A stretch of 64,000 nucleotides of DNA from Armatimonadota bacterium (lineage in GTDB: Bacteria > Sysuimicrobiota > Sysuimicrobiia > Sysuimicrobiales > Humicultoraceae), in contig JBBIOB010000008.1 in the NCBI GenBank assembly GCA_037443565.1, forward strand, positions 3,166-67,165. The letters run 5' to 3'. Under the pieces are notes generated by a model that saw nothing but the letters and a program-made list of their open reading frames with translations, made no database searches and was not told where the DNA came from. Of the stretch, positions 18,253 to 25,924 are shown piece after piece. Positions within the stretch are counted from its first letter, which is position 1. Each line of letters begins with the position of its first letter. The position numbers and the translations under genes are program-made.

Positions 18253-19098
18253 ATGGATCCGTCGGTTGACGTGCGCGCGCTCGAAGCCCGCGCGCGCGAG
18301 TTCCGCAAGACCATCTTGAAGATCATCACCCGGGCCGGCTCCGGCCATCCCGGCGGATCGCTCTCGGCCATCGACATCCTGACCGTCCTCTACTTCCACC
18401 ACATGCGCCACGACCCGGCGAATCCCACGTGGCCCGACCGAGACCGCTTCGTCCTGAGCAAGGGCCATGGGTGCCCGGCCTGGTACGTGGTCCTGGCCGA
18501 GGCGGGGTATTTCGATCCGCGGCACCTGCAGACGCTGCGCGAGCTCAACAGCATCCTGCAGGGCCATCCCGACATGACGCGCACGCCGGGCGTGGACATG
18601 TCCACCGGCTCGCTGGGCCTGGGCTTCTCCGCGGCCATCGGCATGGCGATGGCCGGCAGGCTGGACGGCCGCCCCTACCGGGTGTACGCGATGCTCGGCG
18701 ACGGGGAGTCGCAGGAAGGGGCGGTCTGGGAGGGAGCGTTGCTGGCGGCGCACTACGGCCTCGACAACCTGACGGCGATCACCGACCGCAACGGGCTGCA
18801 GCAGACCGGCCGCACCGAGGAGCGGATCCGCCTGGATCCGCTCGCCGACAAATGGCGCGCGTTCGGCTGGGACGTGCAGGAGATCGACGGGCACGACCTG
18901 GCGGCCATCGCCGGCGCGCTGGAACGCGCCGGGACGGTCCGCGGCCGGCCGCAGGCGATCATCGCGCGCACGGTGAAGGGCAAGGGCGTCTCGTTCCTTG
19001 AGGGGGTGGTGGGCTTCCACGGCAAGGCCCTGACACCCGCGGAACTCGACCGCGCGCTGACAGAGCTCGACGGGGCGCCGGCGGGCGGACGGAGGTAG
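18253..19098 (+). CDS. tkt: Transketolase, N-terminal (ThDP-binding) subunit of a split enzyme
   Basis: 281 aa. ...SGHPGGSLS..., GDGESQEGAVWE ThDP motif, GAGGAG upstream. Confidence 0.9.
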   Translation: MDPSVDVRALEARAREFRKTILKIITRAGSGHPGGSLSAIDILTVLYFHHMRHDPANPTWPDRDRFVLSKGHGCPAWYVVLAEAGYFDPRHLQTLRELNSILQGHPDMTRTPGVDMSTGSLGLGFSAAIGMAMAGRLDGRPYRVYAMLGDGESQEGAVWEGALLAAHYGLDNLTAITDRNGLQQTGRTEERIRLDPLADKWRAFGWDVQEIDGHDLAAIAGALERAGTVRGRPQAIIARTVKGKGVSFLEGVVGFHGKALTPAELDRALTELDGAPAGGRR

Positions 19099-19102
19099 CA
19101 GG

Positions 19103-20071
19103 ATGGCGATCCGGCTCGCGCAGACATCCGCCTCACAGGCCACCCGGGACGCCTACGGCGAGGCGCTGGTGGCCGTCGCCCGGAACAACCCGCGCATCGT
19201 GGCGCTCACCGGCGACCTGCGTGACTCCAACCGTCTGGAGGCGTTCGCGGCCGCCTACCCTGACCGGTTCATCGAGTGCGGGATCGCGGAGCAGAATATG
19301 GCCGGGGTCGCGGCGGGCCTGGCCACATGCGGGAAGATCCCGTTCGTGAGCTCGTTTGCCGCGTTCTCGCCCGGGCGGTGCTACGACCAGATCCGCGTGC
19401 TCATCGCGCAGCCCCGCCTCAGCGTCAAGCTGGTCAGCACGCACGGCGGGATCACGGTGGGCGAGGACGGCATGAGTGCGCAGGCCGTCGAGGAGCTCGC
19501 GATGATGCGCGCGCTGGCCAATATGACAGTCCTCGTCCCGGCCGACGCGGTCGAGACCGCACAGGCCATCGGGGCGCTGACAGAACACGTCGGCCCGGCG
19601 TACATGCGCCTGGGCCGATCCGCCGTGCCGGTCCTCTTTGATGACGGCTATCGCTTTGCCATCGGCACCGCGCCGGTGCTCCGCGACGGGGACGACGTTG
19701 CGATCGCGGCGTGCGGGGTCATGGTCAGCCGGGCCCTGGCCGCCGCGGACACCCTGGCCGCCGAGGGGATCTCGGCCAGGGTCCTCAACTGTTCAACGCT
19801 GAAGCCGCTCGACGCATCGGCGATCGTCGCGGCCGCGCGGGAAACGGGCGCCATCGTCACCGCGGAAGAGCACACGGTCTACGGTGGCCTTGGCGGCGCG
19901 GTGTGCGAGGTCGCGGCGGCGCATCATCCGGTGCCGGTCGAGCGCGTGGGCTTGCAGGACTGCTACGGCGAGTCCGGATCCCCTGAGGCGCTGCTGGAGA
20001 AGTACGGGCTCACCGCCGCGGCGATCGCATCGGCCGCCCGCCGCGCGGTCAGTCGGAAGACGCGCCCCTAG
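19103..20071 (+). CDS. tkt: Transketolase, C-terminal (pyrimidine-binding/C-terminal domain) subunit
   Basis: 322 aa. ...FIECGIAEQNMAGVAAGLA..., starting 4 nt after the N-terminal subunit gene. Confidence 0.9.
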   Translation: MAIRLAQTSASQATRDAYGEALVAVARNNPRIVALTGDLRDSNRLEAFAAAYPDRFIECGIAEQNMAGVAAGLATCGKIPFVSSFAAFSPGRCYDQIRVLIAQPRLSVKLVSTHGGITVGEDGMSAQAVEELAMMRALANMTVLVPADAVETAQAIGALTEHVGPAYMRLGRSAVPVLFDDGYRFAIGTAPVLRDGDDVAIAACGVMVSRALAAADTLAAEGISARVLNCSTLKPLDASAIVAAARETGAIVTAEEHTVYGGLGGAVCEVAAAHHPVPVERVGLQDCYGESGSPEALLEKYGLTAAAIASAARRAVSRKTRP

Positions 20072-21981
20072 TCCCCCCGGAGCCCGCGTGCGATGGACGG
20101 CGCAGTCTTGGGCCGCCGACGGGCCGCCACACGGTAGGCAGGAACCGGCGCGGCCGGGCGCGCCGCCGCTCCCCACTCACGGCCGAGCCTCAGCCTGGCC
20201 CCCGGCGAGTATGTCGGCGGCTTGGGCCGGCTGAGACTCTGGGCCAGCGCGCCGAACGCCCAGGCCGAAGCCGCCAGGAACACGGTCGGAAACGCGATCA
20301 GCCACCAGTCTCCGCGGTGCATGGCTTCACGTGCGCGCCACAGCAGCGTCCCCCAGCTCGGCGTGGTCGGCGCGACGGTGAACCCAAGAAAGCCCAGCGT
20401 GGCCTCCAGCAGGATGAAGCCCGGCACGAGCGCGAGCGCCGCCCCAAGCACCGGCCGCGCCAGGTGTGGGAGCAGGTGGCGCTCGCCGATCCAGAGTCGC
20501 GCCGCGCCGGAGGCCCGCGCCGCCTCGACGAACGACCAGCGCCGCGCGTCGGCCAGGAGCGCCGCCAGCGGCCCGATCAGCGTGGCACAGCCGATCACCG
20601 CGAGCCACGCCGCGATAAACGCTGGTTCGCGGCCCGCGGTGGCGATCGCGGCCAGCAGGACGCCCAGCGACGGCACGGCCAGCGCAACACGGCCTGCTCC
20701 GTGCAGCGGCGCCTGCCATTCCGGACGCGCGCTCACCGCGGCGGCGAGCCCCGCGGCGGCGAGCCCCGCGGCGACGGCGGCGCCGAGCGCCATCCCCAGG
20801 CTCGTACGTCCCGCGTACAGGAGACGGCTGAACAGATCGCGGCCAGAGGCGTCGGTCCCCATCCAGTGCCGGAGCGAGGGCGGCATGTTGATCTCGTCGA
20901 GCAGCACCTGGTCCGGCGGGAACGTGGCGACAAGCGGAGCCGCTGCCGCACCCATGACCACGAGCGCGGTGATCGCCATGGCCACACGGGCTCGGAGGTC
21001 CGGCGGGGTCAGTGGCGCCGGCCGACGCACGACGGTCCGGCGCGCGGCACCGATCGCCGCAGGATCGGTCCCCAGACGCCCCGAGGCCAGGCGGAGGACG
21101 ATCTCGCCTGCGACGGCGATCGCGGCGAGCACGAGCAGGACCGCCTGCATCACCGGGATGTCGCGCTGCCCGACGGCGCGCGTGAAGCTGCGCCCGATGC
21201 CGGGCCAGTTGAAGATCTCCTCCACGACCAGGAGTCCGGAGAGCAGCACCGACAGGGCCGGGAGAGGGCGTGCCAGCACGGTCTTCGCCGCCACGCCGGC
21301 CGCGTGCCGCCACAGCACCCGTCGCTCCGAGAGGCCCCTGGCGCGGGCCGCTTCGAGAAACCGCGCCCCGAGCACCTCGGAGAGCTCGCCGCGGAGCTGC
21401 TGCGCCATCCAGGCCGCCACGGGCAGCGACAGGCTGATCGTCGGCAACAGCAGCCCCAACCAGAGCGCGGCGTCGAACGGATTCAGCTCAAACGGCGGGA
21501 GAATGGGGATCAGCGTCAGCCGCACGGCGAAGGCGTACACCGTCGCGGACGCGACCAGGAACACCGGTATCGCCACACCGAGGGCGATGACCCCGCGCCC
21601 GGCCCACGAGAACGCCCCCCGGCAGGCGGCGGCGACCGCCAGGGGGACGGCCAGCAGCCAGGCCGCAGCAGCCGCGGACGTCGCGAGCAGGAGCGACCAC
21701 GGCAGGCGCCTCCAGATCTCCGGCCCGATGTCCCGGCGCGTGGCCAGCGACGTGCCGAACTCCCCCCGGACGGCCCGCCCGGCCCACAGCGCGTACTGGA
21801 ACGGGATCGGGGTGTCGAGGCGGTACCACTCGCGCAGCCGGTGGATCTGCTCCTCGCGCACTCCCTGGCGAAACCCGATCATGAAGCGGGCCGGATCCAT
21901 CGGCGCAAGGTGCATGAACCCGAACGCCACAAACGACGCGCCGAGCAGGGTCAACAGGCCGGCGGCGAGCGCCCGGCGCAT
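20068..21981 (-). CDS. Fused ABC transporter permease (DppB/OppB-like N-terminal half plus DppC/OppC-like C-terminal half)
   Basis: 637 aa and polytopic. The N-terminus MRRALAAGLLTLLGASFVAFGFMHLAPMDPA is typical of DppB/OppB. It starts 7 nt after the sufU stop. There is no cognate ATPase or binding-protein gene adjacent. Confidence 0.7.
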   Translation of the reverse strand: MRRALAAGLLTLLGASFVAFGFMHLAPMDPARFMIGFRQGVREEQIHRLREWYRLDTPIPFQYALWAGRAVRGEFGTSLATRRDIGPEIWRRLPWSLLLATSAAAAAWLLAVPLAVAAACRGAFSWAGRGVIALGVAIPVFLVASATVYAFAVRLTLIPILPPFELNPFDAALWLGLLLPTISLSLPVAAWMAQQLRGELSEVLGARFLEAARARGLSERRVLWRHAAGVAAKTVLARPLPALSVLLSGLLVVEEIFNWPGIGRSFTRAVGQRDIPVMQAVLLVLAAIAVAGEIVLRLASGRLGTDPAAIGAARRTVVRRPAPLTPPDLRARVAMAITALVVMGAAAAPLVATFPPDQVLLDEINMPPSLRHWMGTDASGRDLFSRLLYAGRTSLGMALGAAVAAGLAAAGLAAAVSARPEWQAPLHGAGRVALAVPSLGVLLAAIATAGREPAFIAAWLAVIGCATLIGPLAALLADARRWSFVEAARASGAARLWIGERHLLPHLARPVLGAALALVPGFILLEATLGFLGFTVAPTTPSWGTLLWRAREAMHRGDWWLIAFPTVFLAASAWAFGALAQSLSRPKPPTYSPGARLRLGREWGAAARPAAPVPAYRVAARRRPKTAPSIARGLRGD

Positions 21982-21988
21982 CGGCGCA

Positions 21989-22450
21989 CTACCCCTCGGT
22001 CTCGGTCGTCGACAGAGACGGCGTACGTCCCGCGGCGTGATCGTCGAGGCCCTGCTCGAGCGCCACCCACGACAGGGTCGCGCACTTGATCCGCACGGGG
22101 AACTTCCGGACGCCCTGGAGGGCGACCAGGTCGCCCAGGGCCTCGGGCGGCTGGTGCCCGCGCATCATCTCCTTGAAGGCGTGGATGAGATCGCGCACCT
22201 CGGCGATCGTCTTGCCCCTGATGGCCTCGGTCATCATCGAGGTGGACGCCTGACTGATCGAGCAGCCGCGGCCCTCGAACCGGACGTCGTCCACGCGGCC
22301 CTCGCGAAGACGCACGTACAGCGCCAGCTCGTCGCCGCAGAGGGGGTTGGCGCCCTCGACCGCGATGTCGTTGGGTTCCAGCCGGCCGCGGTTACGCGGG
22401 TGCGCGTAGTGGTCGAGAATCACTTCGCGGTACAGGTCGTCAAGGGCCAC
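21989..22450 (-). CDS. sufU: Fe-S cluster assembly sulfur-transfer/scaffold protein SufU
   Basis: 153 aa, GTG start. ...NPLCGDELALY..., GRGCSISQAS, RIKCATLSW conserved cysteines. Confidence 0.9.
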   Translation of the reverse strand: MALDDLYREVILDHYAHPRNRGRLEPNDIAVEGANPLCGDELALYVRLREGRVDDVRFEGRGCSISQASTSMMTEAIRGKTIAEVRDLIHAFKEMMRGHQPPEALGDLVALQGVRKFPVRIKCATLSWVALEQGLDDHAAGRTPSLSTTETEG

Positions 22451-22465
22451 AGCGCGGTCCCCGCA

Positions 22466-22927
22466 TCAACTCCACAGCGCCGGCTTCGCCACCATGAGGA
22501 AGACGATGACCACGACGATGCCGGCCAGGACGATCCCGATGGTCTGCGCCCGGTTCGACAGCGCCCGGAACTCGACGGAATCGGGACCCCGGGCCTCGAG
22601 CGTCTCGATCTGACGACGGAGCGTGGGCGTGTAGCCGAGGAGCCCGAGCACGACGATGAGGGCATAGAGGACGAGCGAGGTCAGCATCCAGGGCGCGCGC
22701 CAGCTGATCTCGCCGAGGTGCAGCATCGCCAGGCCGGTCACCAGCACCAAGACGTACGCGGGGTTGGCAAGACGGTCGTCGAGCACCTTGATGCCGCGCA
22801 GGGTGAACGCGAGGTATCGCGGATCGCGCGCCGCCCGCGACAGCCACACGCCGTACGTCACGTTAGCGCCAACCGCGACGATGGCAAGCAGGACGTGGGC
22901 GACCTTCAAGAACGTGTACAGGGTCAT
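22466..22927 (-). CDS. Small integral membrane protein (DUF2269-like, 4 TM) embedded in the suf operon
   Basis: The ORF 22466..23524 was trimmed to the ATG at 22927: MTLYTFLKVAHVLLAIVAVGANVTYGVWL... The family call is from memory and tentative. Confidence 0.6.
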   Translation of the reverse strand: MTLYTFLKVAHVLLAIVAVGANVTYGVWLSRAARDPRYLAFTLRGIKVLDDRLANPAYVLVLVTGLAMLHLGEISWRAPWMLTSLVLYALIVVLGLLGYTPTLRRQIETLEARGPDSVEFRALSNRAQTIGIVLAGIVVVIVFLMVAKPALWS

Positions 22928-22974
22928 GCGCGCCTCATTCGGGGCGGGAGGGCGGGCTCCCTCTTCCGACACCC

Positions 22975-24228
22975 CTAGCGGTGCTCGACGACGGGGCGCG
23001 CCTTCCGGTCGAACACCCTGCGGACATGCAGCAGCCCGTCGACCAGCGCGTCGATGTCCTCGGGGATGCTGTACAGGTGCAGGCTGGCCCGCGCCGACGC
23101 CGGGATCCCGAAGCGCCGGTGCAGGGGCTGGGTGCAGTGGTGGCCGGCGCGGACCGCGATGCCGTCCCCGTCGAGCACCTGGGCGATGTCGTGCGGATGC
23201 GCCACGTCCAACGTGAAGCTCAGCGCGCCGCCGCGGTCGCGGGCCTCGAGAGGACCGTAGATGCGCAGGCCAGGGACCTCCTGCAGCCGCCGGAGCCCAT
23301 ACGCGGTGAGGTCGTGCTCGTGCGCCGCGATGGCCTCGAGCCCGATCCGCCGCAGGTAGTCGACCGCCGCGCCCAACGCGATGCTGTCGGCGATGTTGGG
23401 CGTCCCCGCCTCGAACTTGTGCGGCGGCCCTTTGTAGGTCGACCGGTCGAGACCCACGTGCATGATCATCTCGCCGCCGCCGTGGTAGGGCGGCATGGCA
23501 TCCAACAGGTCGTATCGGCCCCACAGGCCGCCGCTGCCGGTCGGGCCGAGCATTTTGTGGCCGGAGAACGCCAGGAAGTCCGCGCCGAGCGCCCCGACGT
23601 CGACCGCTTGATGCGGCACGCTCTGCGCGCCGTCCACCACGACCACCGCGCCTGCGGCATGGGCCCGGTCGGCGATCTGGCGGACGGGGTTGACGGTCCC
23701 GAGCACGTTGGACTGGTGCGTCACCGCGACCACCTTCGTGCGGTCGCCCAGCAGCCGGTCGAAGCCCGCAAGGTCGAGCCGGCCGTCATCGGTGATCGGG
23801 ATGTAGCGGAGCGTCGCGCCCCGCTCGGCCGCAAGCAGCTGCCAGGGCACGATGTTGCTGTGGTGCTCCATCTCGGTGAGCACGATCTCGTCACCGGCGC
23901 CCACATGCGCGCGGCCCCAGGACGCGGCCACCAGGTTGAGCGCCTCCGTGGTCCCGCGGGTGAAGATGATCTCCTCGGGCCGCGCGGCGCCCAGGAAGGC
24001 GGCGACGTTCGCCCGAGCGGCCTCGTACCGCGCCGTGGCTTCCTCGGCAAGCCGGTACACCCCGCGGTGCACGTTGGCGTTGTACTCGTGGTAGTAGCGG
24101 ATGAGCGCGTCGAGCACCTCGCGGGGTTTCTGCGAGGTCGCCGCGCTGTCCAGGTAGACCAGCCGCCGGCCGCCGACCGTCTGGTGGAGCAGCGGGAAAT
24201 CGTCCCGGACGCGATGGCCGAGCGTCAT
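22975..24228 (-). CDS. sufS: Cysteine desulfurase SufS (class II aminotransferase V)
   Basis: 417 aa. ...FSGHKMLGPTGSGGL (PLP lysine) and RAGHHCTQPL active-site cysteine loop. Confidence 0.95.
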   Translation of the reverse strand: MTLGHRVRDDFPLLHQTVGGRRLVYLDSAATSQKPREVLDALIRYYHEYNANVHRGVYRLAEEATARYEAARANVAAFLGAARPEEIIFTRGTTEALNLVAASWGRAHVGAGDEIVLTEMEHHSNIVPWQLLAAERGATLRYIPITDDGRLDLAGFDRLLGDRTKVVAVTHQSNVLGTVNPVRQIADRAHAAGAVVVVDGAQSVPHQAVDVGALGADFLAFSGHKMLGPTGSGGLWGRYDLLDAMPPYHGGGEMIMHVGLDRSTYKGPPHKFEAGTPNIADSIALGAAVDYLRRIGLEAIAAHEHDLTAYGLRRLQEVPGLRIYGPLEARDRGGALSFTLDVAHPHDIAQVLDGDGIAVRAGHHCTQPLHRRFGIPASARASLHLYSIPEDIDALVDGLLHVRRVFDRKARPVVEHR

Positions 24229-24241
24229 GGGTTCGCCCCCC

Positions 24242-24586
24242 TCAGGGCTTGTGCGGCATCCCCTGCCCGGGCCGGGCCTCCAGCGACAGCAGGATATCCT
24301 GGCCCTCCACCCTGACCGGATAGGTCCGCACCGGCCGGACCGCCGGGAACGACATGACGCGGCCGGTGGCCAGGTGAAAGCGCGAGCCGTGCTTGGGGCA
24401 CACGATCAGCTCGCCTACCACCGGCCCGGCAGAGAGCGACTCCTCTTCATGCGTGCACGTGTCGTCAATCGCGTAGATCGTCCCCCTGGAATTCACGACA
24501 GCGATCTTGCGGCCGTCGATGACGACCTGCCGTGCCGCCCCGGGCGGGAGGTCGCCGAGCGCGGCCACCTTCACGAACTCTGCCAT
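24242..24586 (-). CDS. Rieske [2Fe-2S] ferredoxin-like protein
   Basis: 114 aa. CTHE...(17 aa)...CPKHGSRF Rieske motif. Confidence 0.9.
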   Translation of the reverse strand: MAEFVKVAALGDLPPGAARQVVIDGRKIAVVNSRGTIYAIDDTCTHEEESLSAGPVVGELIVCPKHGSRFHLATGRVMSFPAVRPVRTYPVRVEGQDILLSLEARPGQGMPHKP

Positions 24587-24587
24587 C

Positions 24588-25922
24588 TCAGATCATCTTC
24601 TCGGCGATGCGGGCCTCCAGGTAGGTCCGCACGCGCTCCATCGGAATCCGGTCGAAGATGTCGGCGAAGAACCCCTCGACGATCGCGAACGTGGCCTGTG
24701 TTCTGGTCAACCCGCGGCTCATCAGGTAGAAGATGTGCTCCTCGTTGAGCCGGCTGGTGGCCGATCCGTGCGTGCAGCGCAAGTCGTTGGCCATGATCTC
24801 GAGCTTCGGGATCGAATCCGACCGCGCGCCGCCGGAGAGGATCAGGTTCCGGTTCGACTGGAAGGCGTTGGTCTTCTGCGCCCCGGGGGCGACCCGAATG
24901 AGCCCCGCGAACACCGACCGCGCCTCGTCGCGCACCGCACCCTTGTACAGCAGGTCGCTCGTCGTACTCGGCGCCCGGTGCTCCTGCAGCGTGTGCAGGT
25001 CGACGTGCTGGCCGTCGTGGCCGAAGTACAGACCGAGCATCTCACACGTGGCCCCGGGCCCCAGCAGGTGAGATTCCACGTCGGCCTTGACGAGCCCCCC
25101 TCCCAGCGAGACCACCAGGCTGCGGAGGGTGGCGTCACGGTCGAGGTGGCCTCGAATCAGGCTGCCGACCTCCCACATCGGCGGCCCCCACTCCTGTACC
25201 GACGCGTAGCGCACCTGCGCACCCCCGCGCAGGATCAACTCCACGGTCCTGGTGGCCAGGGTCCTCGGGCCGGCTGGCACCGAGGCGAAGACCTCCACCA
25301 GGGTGACCACGCTCTGCCGGTCGGCCACGACCAGCGTGTGCGGGAAGACGGCCGCGCCGGCGGCGCCCAGCCAGGTCTGCGTGAGCAGTGGGAGCGCCAC
25401 CTCGACCCCTTCCGGCACGTACAGGAAGGTCCCGCCGGACCACAGCGCCGCCTGGAGCGCCCGGAAGCGGTGCTCCTCGGGCCGGGCCACGGTGGTGAGC
25501 AGGTGGTCGCGGACCAGATCCGCGTGGTCGCGGACCGCGGTCTCCAGATCGGTGAAGATCACGCCCCGGCTGCGGGCCGCGTCCTCCGCCACCGCCGACA
25601 CGGCGCGCCCATCGACGTGCGTGATGAGGCCGGCGCGCTCCGAGCCATCTCGGGTAATCGTCCCGACGTGCAGCGGGCCGTGGGGCGCCTCCTCGGGCTC
25701 GGGCAGCACGAGGGCGCCGAGATCGAGGCCGCCCACATCCGTCCGCCGCCACTCCTCGGGGCGGGCCTCCGCGGGATGGGGCAGGCGCTCAAAGAGGTCC
25801 CAGGCCTCCACCCGCCGCTCCCGCAGCCAGGCCGGCTCGCCGCGTCGGGCGCTGGCCGCCGCGACGGTCTCCCGGGTCACGCCTCCCATGATCGCGCGCG
25901 TTGCTGCGTTCTGGATCGCCAT
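24588..25922 (-). CDS. sufD: Fe-S cluster assembly protein SufD
   Basis: 444 aa. The C-terminal beta-helix region resembles SufB (...NDLRCTHGSATSRLNEEHIFYLMSRGL...). It lies between sufB and the Rieske gene. Confidence 0.9.
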   Translation of the reverse strand: MAIQNAATRAIMGGVTRETVAAASARRGEPAWLRERRVEAWDLFERLPHPAEARPEEWRRTDVGGLDLGALVLPEPEEAPHGPLHVGTITRDGSERAGLITHVDGRAVSAVAEDAARSRGVIFTDLETAVRDHADLVRDHLLTTVARPEEHRFRALQAALWSGGTFLYVPEGVEVALPLLTQTWLGAAGAAVFPHTLVVADRQSVVTLVEVFASVPAGPRTLATRTVELILRGGAQVRYASVQEWGPPMWEVGSLIRGHLDRDATLRSLVVSLGGGLVKADVESHLLGPGATCEMLGLYFGHDGQHVDLHTLQEHRAPSTTSDLLYKGAVRDEARSVFAGLIRVAPGAQKTNAFQSNRNLILSGGARSDSIPKLEIMANDLRCTHGSATSRLNEEHIFYLMSRGLTRTQATFAIVEGFFADIFDRIPMERVRTYLEARIAEKMI

Positions 25923-25924
25923 GG

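Noticed and set aside
15020-18253. 1077-aa plus-strand ORF
   Set aside because: It is antisense to the binding-protein, kdgK and RraA-like genes. Its composition is Arg/Pro/Gly-rich with no recognisable motifs, so it is a shadow ORF.
20222-22978. 918-aa plus-strand ORF, and similar long ORFs at 20317..22089 and 20327..21313
   Set aside because: They are antisense to or out of frame with the fused permease, sufU and the 4-TM protein. Their composition is low-complexity Ser/Arg/Ala.
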